64,000 nucleotides of DNA, taken from Octopus vulgaris. Lineage: Eukaryota. The stretch lies in the NCBI GenBank assembly GCA_951406725.2, contig OX597815.1, positions 101,308,001 through 101,372,000 of the forward strand, read 5' to 3'. Made by a program: the position numbers and the translations under genes. Below, piece after piece: positions 51,690 to 64,000 of this stretch. The notes beneath the pieces are model-generated. The model saw only the letters and a program-made list of their open reading frames with translations, was not told the origin of the DNA and did no database searches. Each line of letters begins with the position of its first letter. The first letter of the stretch is position 1.

Positions 51690-52085
51690 ATCACGTGCTT
51701 TCGCTGCACTGCCGAGTGGAGCTCTGTGTGCCTCAAGCATGTGCTGTGGTTTGTTGTGATGCTCTTATTTTTACTGTATTGAAAGTGTTTAACGCAGGCT
51801 GTGTACGGTGTCTAGTAGTGCTGTTTTCTGTAGGTTATATGTACTTGCTAGTTCTGGTGTTTTTGTTATGTATTTGTCTGAATATTCTTTTATCATACTT
51901 AATGCACCTTCTATGATAGAGATTCGAATTACTTCTATTTCCATGTCTTTGTATTTTGAAGGTTTCTCCATTTCTTTTAGAGAAACATTGTCATCTGTTG
52001 GTAATGACACACCAGTTAGAAAGCATATTTTTTTTCTTGATCTCTGACAACTATGTCCGGCGTATTAGTTTTAATTTATCTATCT
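51690..52085 (-). mobile_element. Dong-like 3' fragment, same family as 47783-48470
   Basis: PTDDNVSLKEMEKPSKYKDMEIEV...QKTALL; 3' UTR matches 48390-48445; ends in (TAA)n on the minus strand. Confidence 0.85.
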
Positions 52086-52238
52086 GTGGTATTTCGTCTG
52101 CTGCTATGTTCTGAGTTCAAATTTTGCCTTTCATCTTTCCGAGGTCGATTAAATTAGTACCAGTTACGCACTGGGGTCGATGAAATTGACTTAACTCCTT
52201 CCTCCATATTTGAGACCTTGTGCTTCCAGTTGACGGGG

Positions 52239-52313
<75 letters not shown>

Positions 52314-53001
52314 GGTCATAAACTCCCGTTTTAATTCCGATATTAAAATCACATGCAATTTCTGAAAATTTCGATCAAGAGACATTACCTTTCCGAGTGT
52401 TCTTGATTGTAATTATCTGATGCATTCTCATAGACCTTTCCTGGAGTGGGCTATAATAGAAAAGATTATTATTATTGTTATTGTAGAAGAAGTAGTAGTA
52501 GTTGTGGTAATAGAAGTAGGAGTAGTAGTTGTTCTTGTCTTTCTTAATTGCATAAGTTCTTAATGTTCATGTATTTGTACTGAATACAATCACTGTCAGA
52601 TTTTTTAGTTTATTCTAAATGCAGTTAATATTACCCTTACATTTCTTTATAGTGCTACTAAATCATTTATATCCAGTTGGTATCATTACAGCTGTTATTA
52701 TTACAAGCATGGCTAGGCTATTAAATCTATTGCCAAACTTAGTTCTGTTTTAAGCATTAATTTAATGCATCTATCACATTTATTCGTAAACTTTTCTTTT
52801 GTGTGTGTTCTGATCTGTTTAGCTAAATTTCAAGTATTTGTGTTTCTTTATTTCGTCTAATTCTCTTATCTTTGCTCCAGTAATTTAACCTGATATCAAT
52901 GTTCTTTCTCTCTTTTCAAGGTTGCCTTGGCGCATTTTTCTTATCCAAATCTATATCATATCAGTTTCGTCAGAGAATCGGTGAACTGTCTGTAGCAGTC
53001 G

Positions 53002-53044
<43 letters not shown>

Positions 53045-53229
53045 TTTTTTCTTTCAATTGTGTCTCCATTTCTTGCTGAGTGTCTTCCCGACACCTAGAG
53101 CGAAGAAATTCATTTTATACCTTAGTGGGCCATTAAAATAAACAGACCAGATTGTTTACCCACAACGTCAAGTGATAGAAAAATAGAAGAAAAAAATATT
53201 ATTATTGTGTGATGAAAACTGAGTGTTTA

Positions 53230-53700
53230 TTTTGCTGGGTACGATCGGAAATGTCAGCTGTCCACAGCCAGCAGACAAAGGTGACACTTGTTTACTTGTC
53301 ATGCTTCAAGAACTCTGCGGAGAATGCTTGCTGATTCTTGTAGTTGTTCTAACTTTATACATGCACCAGTCTTTTTCAGTCAAGTTGGTAGTTGGCTGCT
53401 GGTACTTCCAAGTGCGCCAATTACTATTGGTATCACGTCTACTCTCCTCATTGACCACAAACTTCATATTTCCCACTTTAAATAGTCATAATTGATCAGT
53501 TATTCCTCTTTCTCTTTGATCTTGTTGTCACAGGGACATGCTATGTCAAAAATCATGCTTGTTCTTTCCTTTTCATTCACCACAACAATGTTCAGTTTCT
53601 GATGTCTGGACGGGTGGTCGGACTGAATCATTGCATCACACAGAATTCTCATTCTCATTCTCGGTGGCTCGGTGACTCCTTCTGGGGTTTGCTCATACAA
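53230..53700 (-). mobile_element. Dong-like RLE fragment (other remnants at ~52550-52980 and 54430-54690)
   Basis: ILCDAMIQSDH...K.NIVVV...IFDIACPCD..IKEKEE and PIVIGALG, adjacent to (TAA)n. Confidence 0.7.
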
Positions 53701-53708
53701 TAATAATG

Positions 53709-53796
<88 letters not shown>

Positions 53797-53829
53797 CAGC
53801 AACAACAATAATAATATTACTGTTATTAT

Positions 53830-54117
53830 TCAAGGCAGCGAGCTGGCAGAATCGTTAGTACGCCGGAAAACATGCTTAGCGGTATTTCGTCCGAATTACG
53901 TTCTGAGTTCAAATTCCGCCCGAGGTCGACTTTGCTTTTCATCCTTTCGGAGTCGATAAAATGAGTACCAGTTGAGTACTGGGCTCGATGTAAACGACTA
54001 GTTCACTCCCGCCAAATTTCAGTCCTTGTACCTAAAATAGAAATTCTTCTTCTTCTTCTTCTTCTTCTTCTTCTTCTTCTTCTTCTTCTTCTTCTTCTTC
54101 TTCTTCTTCTTCTTCTT

Positions 54118-54150
<33 letters not shown>

Positions 54151-54365
54151 ATCATCAAAGCAGGACTAGCAAAATCATTAGATACCTGGCAAAATGCTTA
54201 GCGGCATTTCGTCCATATTTACGTTCTGAGTTCAAATTCCGCCCGAGGTCGACTTTGCCTTTTATCCTTTCGAGGTCGATAGAATAAGTACCAGTTGAAC
54301 ACTGGTATCGACTTTGACTAGCTCCTCCCCCAAATTTCAGGCCTTGTGCCTATAATAGAAATGAT
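53830..54365 (+). mobile_element. Two SINE family B copies separated by (TTC)n
   Basis: GGCAGCGAGCTGGCAGAATCGTTAG head, core, and AAATTTCAG..CTTGT.CCTA tail, twice. Confidence 0.85.
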
Positions 54366-54837
54366 AATTATTATTATTATTATTTCTTTTCATCACATAT
54401 TTTATTGGAATTCCTGGAGTCTTGCATGCGTAGCGGGCTTGCTGACTGCTGCTTACGGTACCATACTGTCTGTTCTTTTCAACTATCTAATACTTTCCAG
54501 ATTATTCTGGCCGTACCAATGAGGCAAACCTTTTGTAATAGTTCTACTGGGTAGTCTATTCTCATTTCGTTTATATTCTTCTTCATGCTTTCTGATACTG
54601 TTCCCAAGGATCCAACAATAATTGGTACTATTTTCACCTTCTTCATTTTCCATAGCCGGGCTATTTCGTACTTCAGAGGGTTGTGTTTATCTTGTTATTA
54701 TTTTCATACACACTCAACATATTAGACTGTTGGAAAACAAAAAATCCTAACATCTGGCTACAACAATTAACCTTAGATGCCAAGAACCATCCTAAGTATC
54801 CTAGCTGTCCCTAATAACACTGTTTTATTGTTATTAT

Positions 54838-55310
54838 TGAGTGAGAGTGCAATGCATGCCATCAAATTGACACTGGGGTAAAATATACGAAGCCCAGTAT
54901 ACCCACCATGACTACCCGTCTGATAAGAGTACACTAGGGACATGCATCACAACCATATGTGCGCAACATGGTGATCTCATATCAAGATAAACAGCACATG
55001 ACCTTGCAGGTGTGGCCCAGTTAGAATTTTCTTCAGGTCGAGTAGCCCATCCCGCTCAAAGGTTCCTGAATAAGGGTTGTTTAAGGATGTTTGAACTAAA
55101 CATCCATGTCTCCAAAGGTGGATTATCCAAACCTCAAAGAATCCCTCTTAACACATGGCTATGATGCTCCCCCACTACTTCTGCTCGTGATCAGCGATGC
55201 ACATATCGTCAACAACTAAGGGACATGCTCAACTGACAAGCAAAGTATTGAGTAGAATATTTGTAGGTATTCCATCTTTTATACCAAGACTAAACAATGT
55301 ACATGCTAAC
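54838..55310 (-). mobile_element. Second copy of the (TAA)n-flanked non-coding repeat
   Basis: Reverse complement of ~20875-21370. Confidence 0.75.
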
Positions 55311-55335
55311 AGACAAAATAATAATAATAATAATG

Positions 55336-55392
<57 letters not shown>

Positions 55393-55907
55393 TTGTTATT
55401 ATTATCTGGTCGGTGGAAAGGCATACTGGCATTCTTTAAGGAGTTAGTCGGTGATATGATTGACAATTGCCTGGGCTTGAACGAGGTATCTCTGAGTAGT
55501 CTCTTGAGGACTTTGATGTTAGTAATTTCGAGATATTGCCAAAAGTCCTTTACAAGGCATAAGGATTTGCCTGTCCGAGATAAATTCGACAGTCCTTTAC
55601 TGTGTTGCAGCTGCAGCAAATTGATCGAAATGCGCACAAAGAATCGAAACTGTTTGGAATATATTTATATAATATTCCTGGATTTCCGACTTGAAGGCTT
55701 GTCTCACAAGGCTTTTAGAACAGCGGTATTGATCTATCACCAAGTTTAACGTAAAAATCACCCTACTGCATTCCTTTGGCAATGATGGTAGATAAGCATT
55801 TTTTGACTTGTGATTATTTCGAAGGAAGTCGTGTAGTGGTCAAAGCTTTTCTCTCGGGTAAATTCCTAATTAATTTCTGCAAGTACCACATGAAAAAGAA
55901 AGGTGAG

Positions 55908-55967
<60 letters not shown>

Positions 55968-56149
55968 GAGAGAGCGAGAGGGAGAGAGAGAGGTGCTGTA
56001 GTGAAACTATGTCGGCTAAATTAACCTACTCTAACTATGAGGATCAAGAATTCAGTGAAGGTAATTCTCTTCGAGGTTGTATGAAAGGTACTTCGAATCA
56101 CACCATATGATTATCCCACTAAATATGTGTTTTTTTTTCGTGTTTTTTA

Positions 56150-56540
56150 ATTCTTTTCTACTTTAGACACAAGACCCGAACTTTTGGGGAAGGCGGGGTG
56201 TCGATTAGATCGACCCCAGTACGCAACTGGCACTTAATTAATCGACCCCGAAAGGATGAAAGGCAAAGTCGACCTTGGCGGAATTTGAACTCAGAACGAA
56301 ATACCTATTTCTTTGTTACCTACAAGGGGCTAAACACAGAGGGGACAAACAAGGACAGACATAGGTATTAAGTCGATTACATCGACCCCAGTGTGTATCT
56401 GGTACTATATTTATCGACCCCGAAAGGATGAAAGGCAAAGTCGACCTCGGCGGAATTTGAACTCACAACGTAACGCAGACGAAATACCGCTAAGCATTTC
56501 ACCCGGCGTACTAACGTTTCAGGCAGCTCACTGCCTTCTT
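56150..56540 (-). mobile_element. SINE family B two-unit copy
   Basis: Two cores at ~56243 and ~56414 with the same unit junction (GAAATACCTATTTC) as 19630, 26745 and 42470. Confidence 0.85.
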
Positions 56541-56716
56541 TTCATTATTTTATTGTGCAATATTGTTATTGCTGCTTATTGTTATCCATTTGTTAATGTG
56601 TTTAATTTGTTTTCTTGATCTCACACACTTTTACATTCGCAAAATGTCTTCGTATAATTCGTATGTGTCCGTCATTATCACAATTATTCATAAACTGAGT
56701 TGTTTTTCGCTTACAG

Positions 56717-56866
56717 CCAAGACAAAGTGTGTGACCTATACGAGATATTACACAGAACTGGAAACACAGACGCTGTTGGGAAACTAGAAGCTGTTATTAT
56801 CAACGTTATCAACGACATTAGAACTTACAAAAGAGATGCAGAAAGACTTGAAAAATTATTCCAGAA
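56717..56866 (+). CDS. RASEF: Coding exon 2 of RASEF-like gene (coiled-coil region)
   Basis: Acceptor tttttcgcttacag|C; TG+C completes Cys; reads QDKVCDLYEILHRTGNTDAVGKLEAVIINVINDIRTYKRDAERLEKLFQK; donor AA|GTTAGT; 150 nt, phase 2-2. Confidence 0.85.
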
Positions 56867-56989
56867 GTTAGTAAAGTTTTTCACTATCCTATTCTCCGTT
56901 AAATATATTTGAATCCCGCACTAAACTGCATTTACTAAATCATCTTTTCATGCGACACAATTCATTTTTTTGTTCACTTCTCCCATGCC

Positions 56990-57400
56990 GTTCAGTATGT
57001 CTCTCTTCACTTAATTGGCTGAGATCGAAGAGTACCAGAACATGCTATACTTTTTAACACCAGTACTTGATCCTTGGCTGCCTCAGAGTTAATCCTCTTT
57101 GCAAGTATTTTGATCAGATCTTTGTATCCTACTTACCCACATTTTCTTGTGGACATTGACCGAGAGATGTTCGGAATAGGTACTGCCAGCATCAGTTTCA
57201 GTATAGCAAGACATGTCTTGAGCACTACTCCTCTTCCAAATGATTAACTTCGAATAACTAACTCAGTAAAACAAAATCCGAGAGCATTACAGCTCTTACC
57301 AGGTGACAAGTACTGCTTTATGCCTATTGCCAGACCACTTAACTCTCATACAGTCCAGTTCATAACAAATGGAACAATATAATGTTATGACGGTTATCTG
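56990..57400 (-). mobile_element. Decayed RTE-like LINE remnant in intron 2
   Basis: Coding-like composition with a KWSG / RK.G...YKD.IK-type pattern on the minus strand; heavily mutated. Confidence 0.3.
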
Positions 57401-57450
57401 GTTGTATGGAGTTTAACTATTCTTTTGAGTTCGGTATTTGTCGAAGTGGG

Positions 57451-57572
<122 letters not shown>

Positions 57573-57678
57573 TTCCCCTTGTTATCTTCATTGTCTCTGC
57601 CCCTTCCCCCTTTACCACCTTCCCTTCGTTCTTCTCCTCACTGATTTTCTTATTTTTTTTCTGCGTTCTTTGTTCCAG

Positions 57679-57769
57679 AGAGAAAGACAGTTTTGCTGGA
57701 CTCACAGATCAGTTGGAGGAGGAATTGGAAATTCAGATGCAAAAAGTAGAAGAACGTGTACGCTATGAT
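57679..57769 (+). CDS. RASEF: Coding exon 3 of RASEF-like gene
   Basis: Acceptor ttctttgttccag|A completes AAA (Lys); reads [30 protein letters not shown], resembling the RASEF LEEEM..RIQ..E...R.D segment; donor GAT|GTAAGT; 91 nt, phase 2-0. Confidence 0.85.
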
Positions 57770-57830
57770 GTAAGTATTACGGATAACAAGCGCGTGCGCG
57801 CACGCACACACTCATGCATGCATATATCTA

Positions 57831-57902
<72 letters not shown>

Positions 57903-57941
57903 ATCTATCTCTCTCTCTCTATATATATGTATGTATGTATG

Positions 57942-58028
<87 letters not shown>

Positions 58029-58036
<8 letters not shown>

Positions 58037-58215
58037 GAAAAGAAAATGGAGAAATAAATAACAATGAGAAGTGGATCTTTGGTGTTATAAAGCCATTATT
58101 TAATTAAGATGGGAGTATGATACTCCCATCTTAATTAATTAAATAATGGCTTTATAACACCAAAGATCCTCTTCTCATTGTTATTTATTTCTCCATTTTC
58201 TTTTCGTCTATATAT
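58029..58215. repeat. Near-perfect ~90-bp-arm palindrome in (TA)n, intron 3
   Basis: AGACGAAAAGAAAATGGAG...GATGGGAGTA-TGA-TACTCCCATC...CTCCATTTTCTTTTCGTCT. Confidence 0.9.
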
Positions 58216-59189
58216 ACATTAAACTACGGTTTACCTTTAAATTACTACCGTATACCTTATCACAACGACCATACATACTAAGGTAATGGTTTTCATACAT
58301 CAAACTTTTATATATATATATACTGAATTATTTATATGTCACAGTAAATATTACGTTCACATTTTGGCGTAAGGCCAGCAATTTCGGGTTAAAGAATAAG
58401 TCGATTACATCGACCCAGTGATAAACTGGTACTTCGACACCGAAAAGATGAAAGGCAAAGTCGACCTTAGCGGAACTTGAACGCAACACAAAGATGGACG
58501 AAATGCCACTAAGCGCTTTGTCGGTGGTTGTTAACGATTCTGCCAGCTCTGCACATTATGTGTCACAGTAAATATTATCAAGGAATAAGGGCGATTTATT
58601 GGTAGAATCATTTGAGAGGTCGGTAAAATGTTATGTGGAATTTAGTTGTGCGTTTTTATGGTTTGAGTTCACATACCACTACAGTCGATATAACTGAATG
58701 TACCGTTTCCACATTTCAGATATTGTATACCAGATATTGTATACCAGATATTGTATACCAAAAATATATATTATTAGTAATAACAAGCATGCCCACACGT
58801 AAACACATAAATATATATATGTGGGTGTGTGTGCATATGCGTGGGTATACAAGAGAGTCTTATAAGAATGGGACTCACTATACTTGTAGTCTTCAATATC
58901 GTGGATACACGCCTATGCTTGTTCAAGTCCTAGTTACTTGCGTTTAAATATGCCATATATGTCTGTATGCATATGCATATGTGTGTGTATTGTGTGTGTG
59001 TATGGTGTGGTGGTGGTATGTGCATGTGTGTGTGTGTGTGCATACATTGAGTGAAATGACTGTAGGATCTAGTGAAGGACTTATTTAAACAATCACCTGC
59101 CGTGGTGCATTTTACACCGTGAATACAACGTCTCACCAATGTACTATTGGTGTAAAAATATGCGAAACAATTATAGCTATTTAAAATAA

Positions 59190-59405
59190 TGCTCTTTTAC
59201 TTGTTTGACTGCGGCCATGTTGGAGCACCGCCTTTAGTCGAACAAATCGACCTCAGGACTTATTTTTGTAAACCTAGTACTTATTCTATCGGTCTCTTTT
59301 TTGCCGAACCGCTAAGTTACGGGGACGTAAACACACCAACATCGGTTGGTGTTGGGGGACACACAGACACATAAACATACACACACACACACAAACACAC
59401 ACACA

Positions 59406-59455
<50 letters not shown>

Positions 59456-59610
59456 CGACGAGCTTCTTTTGGTTTCCGTCTACCAAATCCACTCACAACG
59501 CTTTGGTCGGCCCGAGGAAGACACTTGCCCAAGGTGCCACGCAGTGGAACTGAACCCGGAACCATGTGGCTGGTAAGCAAACTACTTGCCACACAGCCAC
59601 TCCTGCGCCT
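59190..59610 (-). mobile_element. SINE family A, apparently full length (head - microsatellite - 3' body)
   Basis: Head at 59455-59610, internal (TA)n/(CA)n, 3' body CCCCGTAACTTAGCGGTTCGGCAAAA...GGTGCTCCA.CATGGCCGCAGTC on the minus strand. Confidence 0.85.
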
Positions 59611-59852
59611 GTGCTGTTCAATCCATTTTCTATCATTTATTTATTGGTATGCACATACACACACACACGCACACACACACAACAATAATTTTTGGATGGA
59701 ATTTATAAACATTTAATGAATCGCTACGCGCGTTTCCTCAAATCACATGATTCTTAAGATTACAGTCCATATTCCTGGGATGACGGTGGCCGGCATAATG
59801 GTATACGAGCTTTATTTATATATTCAAAGCGTTTCTCATAAACAAATTTAAA

Positions 59853-59890
<38 letters not shown>

Positions 59891-59918
59891 TATGCATATA
59901 TGTGCGTGTGTGTGTCCG

Positions 59919-59982
<64 letters not shown>

Positions 59983-59993
59983 CTTTTTCTAGC

Positions 59994-60041
59994 AAAAACT
60001 GCCCGATGAACGGCAACGGGAAACTCAGAGTAACAGGTTTT
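59994..60041 (+). ncRNA. Degenerate hammerhead motif
   Basis: CTG-C-CCGATGA-A-CG-GCAA-CG-G-GAAA-CTC-A-GAG-TA-ACAG; (TA)n on both sides. Confidence 0.45.
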
Positions 60042-60140
60042 GTTGAATTTTCTGCTGCTTTAAATAAAGCATATTACTCTACCACTGGTATTTGAGTACT
60101 CTTTTTTCCACCTTGTTTCACATTTATGTGTTTACTCCGG

Positions 60141-60184
<44 letters not shown>

Positions 60185-60330
60185 GGACACATGGTGAAAC
60201 ATTGCAACCTACTGTTTATATTAATTTTATGTATACACATTGGCGAATCACTAGATCATCCATTAAGTTGGATGACGAAAACATATATTCTCATAAAGAA
60301 GCAAGCCGAAGAAAGCCAAGATAGAACAAG

Positions 60331-60379
60331 CTTAACTTATGAGGCAACGGAAATTGCCGAAACTGACGTCAGTATTAAG
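60331..60379 (+). ncRNA. Degenerate hammerhead in a (TA)n-flanked PLE terminus (60180-60570)
   Basis: CTTAA-CTTATGA(G5U)-GGCAA/TTGCC-GAAA-CTGACG-TC-AGTATTAAG. Short direct repeat GGTGAAACATTG.AACCTACTG at ~60192 and ~60540. Confidence 0.5.
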
Positions 60380-60567
60380 AATTCTCGATCGGCATTTTGG
60401 GGACGATTCAGATCCCTGTTAGTGTATATATTTTCATTCATGTGCGTTAACTATAACATTAGACCGTTTTAGCTCGTATTTCTAGCAATGTAGGTATTTC
60501 TTAACACCCTAGTCACATTTAGTGACAATTCTCCTTTTTGGTGAAACATTGAAACCTACTGATTATA

Positions 60568-60613
<46 letters not shown>

Positions 60614-62097
60614 CGATGTCACATAATGATCTCAATACACCATAATTTAATGCCTTATAAAAATCCCAATTTCTTTTCTCTTATCCCCATTTATTTCTAT
60701 CATATTAATAGGAATGTCAAATCTATGATAAAGGACATATCGCGAAGTTTGATTTTTATCAGGTTTTGTTAAGACAATCCCACAGAGATTAATAACCATA
60801 ACAGCTGTTTTTCTTCTAAATAAAAAGTTATTTACAAAGTAATACATTCCTTTCAAGTTTTTCCTTTTGAACTACTTTTATTGATCTTTGAATCTATCTA
60901 TTGTACGTTAAAATAGAGCTCCTGCACATGCTATAGAATATTTTAGATTTGTCGGTTCCTACAATCCCAATAGAATGACTAAACATAAACACACACACAC
61001 ACACAACGTCGCACGCGCACACCACACCCACGCAGGCACGCAGCTCACACGTATGCAAATTCAATATGAAGTGATACTTAGTAAATAATTTTGTAAATAG
61101 TTTACCCATTTTCTTAGCATAACAGAAAACCGACAAACCCATAACTGAATCTGCTATAGAATATAAAACGCTAGTACATACATGCAAAGACACACATACA
61201 CACACACACATGCATACACGCAGACACATGCACACATATATGCACACATATACATTACGTCTATGCGTGTATGTCTGGGGGTCTGTGTTGCGTTGGCTGT
61301 GGGTGTTGATCTATAAGCCTAATTGTTTTAATAACAACTATTTAAAATAATGTATTCCTCATACTATGGGATTACCATATCCTGAAAGACGGTAGTGTAA
61401 TAAGAAAAGTACTCAATTATTCATTAGTAGCCACCTTCTTTGCTTTCATGTGTTTTACTCATATGATACTGAAGGCGAGAAAATATACGTTCTTTCAGTT
61501 GTGAATATATGAATATATCACGTGCCTTGCGGAGGGCAGTGTTGAATAAATGAATATGTGAGGTATTCGCTTTTTAGCAACCAATGAAATTTTTATAGAA
61601 AATTATATTTCTATGTGGTTATGGATATATTTAAATTGTATATTGTCTCATTAGTTATCATCAATCATTTAATCAACTACCTGAAACTCAGTGTTATAAT
61701 TCAAGAGGCATGAAATTTTAGTAAACTAGTAAAATATTCAATACAAACACAAACAAATTACACCCCCCACACACACCCATAAAACCCCAGCAACACATAC
61801 ACGCCCCCATGCACACACGCACACATATACTGACATACTACGATTACAATGATCGCCTCGAATCATTCAGACTCGATTCTCCCTAACGCCACCATGAACT
61901 CTACAGTTTGTAGAATGAGGAGAATAACACAACCAGCGTCGCTGAAGGATGTTAGCATTAAGTTTAAAAACCATCCAATGTTGGTGCCACGTACAATATA
62001 CCTTCTACCAAACTGGAACTCACAGCCAATGTTGCCTTAACATCATTATAGCTCCTCTGGTCAAATCAATGGACTGAGCCTCATATCATTTATTTAT

Positions 62098-62385
62098 TGA
62101 CGGTGAGTTGGTAAACACGTCGGGCGAAACGCTTAGCCGTATTTCGTCTGCCGCTACGTTCTGAGTTCAAATTCTGCCGAGGTCAACTTTGTCTTTCATC
62201 CTTTCGGGGTCGATTAAATAAGTATCAGTTACGCCCTGGGGTCGATATAATCGACCTAATCGGTTCCACGCCGGGCAAAATGCTTAGCGGTATTTCGTTA
62301 GCCGCTATGTTTTGAGTTCAAACTCCGCCGAGGTCAAATTTGCCTTTTATCCTTTTGGGGTCGATGAAATAAGTACCAGTTATTA
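62098..62385 (+). mobile_element. SINE family B (two cores). Further copies at ~5748-5960, 21428-21530, 32114-32340, 35088-35540, 36090-36225, 51008-51205, 51395-51530, 52085-52230, 58360-58550
   Basis: Recurrent TTCTGAGTTCAAATTC.GCCGAGGTC.ACTTTG.CTTT.ATCCTTT.GGGGTCGAT. Confidence 0.8.
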
Positions 62386-62682
62386 CTGAAGTAGGGTTAT
62401 TGCAGAAGACGCATGCTTATGGTCAGAAACCCGAATCACAAAGTTTTGAAGATACCTTACCTGCGCTCATAATTAACATTTGTCACTCGTATAATATTTA
62501 TGTTATTAGACAAAAGAAGTTGTTCAACAAATTTTCAAATTCTCGCAGCAACGTTTTCTTTTGTCTAAGTGCCTAATAAATTTGCAATTTTACCTTAAGT
62601 TAAAAGTAAAGAAAAATTGTTTGGTGTTTATTTGTTGAACCTTCCAATGCAAAATTTCAGCAATTTTTTGTGCTAATTTTAG

Positions 62683-62778
62683 GAACAGCAAAAAAATGAA
62701 TTAGAAAAAATAGAGTTGAGGAAAAGTTTGGAAAATGAAATGTACCAACTGAAAGAAACCATCACACACCTTGAAATT
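62683..62778 (+). CDS. RASEF: Coding exon 4 of RASEF-like gene
   Basis: Acceptor gctaattttag|G; reads EQQKNELEKIELRKSLENEMYQLKETITHLEI (heptad coiled coil); donor ATT|GTAAGT; 96 nt, phase 0-0, compatible with exon 3. Confidence 0.85.
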
Positions 62779-62974
62779 GTAAGTATACTAACTGTTAAAT
62801 ACATATGCATATACATACATACATACATACATACATACATACATACATACATACATACATACATACATACATAATTACCGCACACACACATACACACACA
62901 TACACACATACACACACATACACACATACACACACAAATCCATGAATACTTATGCACATACATATATACATAGA

Positions 62975-63190
62975 TATTTTCCAGAAGTTTATCATTTAAG
63001 TATTTATGAGCATGTCTAGACATGCAAGTATATGCACGAGAAGACATACATAAACAAAATATACAAATCTGTACGTATACATATATGCAAAAAATCTTTG
63101 TTGCTGTTGAATTTCCTATGAAGGAGCCTTGGATCGAGGTTAGAAACCGGCTCTTTCTCTATTGGCAAGAGATTTTGAAATAAAACTACA
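62975..63190 (+). mobile_element. 3' end of the (CATA)n-associated RLE LINE
   Basis: TTCCAGAAGTTTATCATTTAA (ORF end), 3' UTR with GGAGCCTTGGATCGAGGTTAGAAACCGGCTC, followed directly by (CATA)n. Confidence 0.75.
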
Positions 63191-64000
63191 TACATACATA
63201 CATACATACATACATACATACATACATACATACACATGCATACATACATACATGCATGCATGCATACATACATACATACATACATACATACATACATACA
63301 TACATACATACATACATACATGCATGCATGCGTTCCTGTTAAGGATATTCCAAACTTATATGATAAGAGCTTATTTATTGTTGACCTTCAGCAGTGAACC
63401 AAAAATGGCTGTTTTCCACACACACACGTACGCATACATTCATATTCACATACATACGCGTGTGTGTGTACCTTTGTCTTCAAGTTTGTGTTTGTGCTTA
63501 ATCACCGCTTGACAAGCAGTGTTGGTTTGTTTACGTTCCCGCAACTTAGCGGGTCTGTAAAAGAGACGGATAGATTACGTACCAGACTTTAAAAAAGTAA
63601 GTACTGCGTCAATTTCTTCAACTAAACCCTTCAAGGCGGTGCCCCAGTATAGCCGCAGTTCAATGACTGAAGTAAAAAAATAGATGCGTATACAAAATAT
63701 GTTATATATGATATATTATATAATGAGTGAAAAAAACTTTGATTTTTCCACATTGATGTATGTTCTCAAACGTATTTCTAGATATTGCATGACTAACTAA
63801 ATGGTTGTTTGAATCGAATCTAGTCTCTCAGTACATTTTTCTGCAAAGTAATTTATTATAGCTCGACAATAGAATTCCAAAATGCTTGTAAAGATTCTCA
63901 ACAAAGTAAGCTGCAAATCTCCCTTTTGTGCGGCATATTTAACAGTTTCTCTGTAAATACGATCCATAATATCTTTAGAGAAGCACTCCTTGAAGACATC

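Overview
AT-rich, microsatellite-dense eukaryotic genomic DNA. The repeat families and gene architecture point to an octopus/coleoid cephalopod (inferred, not verified by search). One host gene is visible on the + strand: four phase-compatible coding exons (34443-34813, 56717-56866, 57679-57769, 62683-62778) encoding two EF-hands and a coiled coil of a RASEF/Rab45-CRACR2A-type large Rab GTPase. The gene continues beyond the window. The rest is layered mobile DNA: three tRNA-derived SINE families, R4/Dong-like RLE LINE fragments tied to (TAA)n or (CATA)n, RTE 3' ends with triple C2H2 fingers and (TATG)n tails, CR1-like fragments, Penelope-like RT and GIY-YIG fragments, an internally deleted Helitron, a Tc1/mariner remnant and a MITE. 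The most striking signal not shown in the ORF track is a dense set of about 10 hammerhead-ribozyme (HHR) motifs with different stems. These include a consensus-perfect HHR with a long stem II (7487-7587), an HHR at the apex of a ~370-nt rod-like hairpin (15319-15692), and a tRNA-headed, (TAA)n-containing, HHR-tailed element arranged head-to-head (47455-48665). Together they suggest a diverse set of non-autonomous, Penelope-dependent, ribozyme-bearing elements. All structures were folded by eye and no database searches were run.
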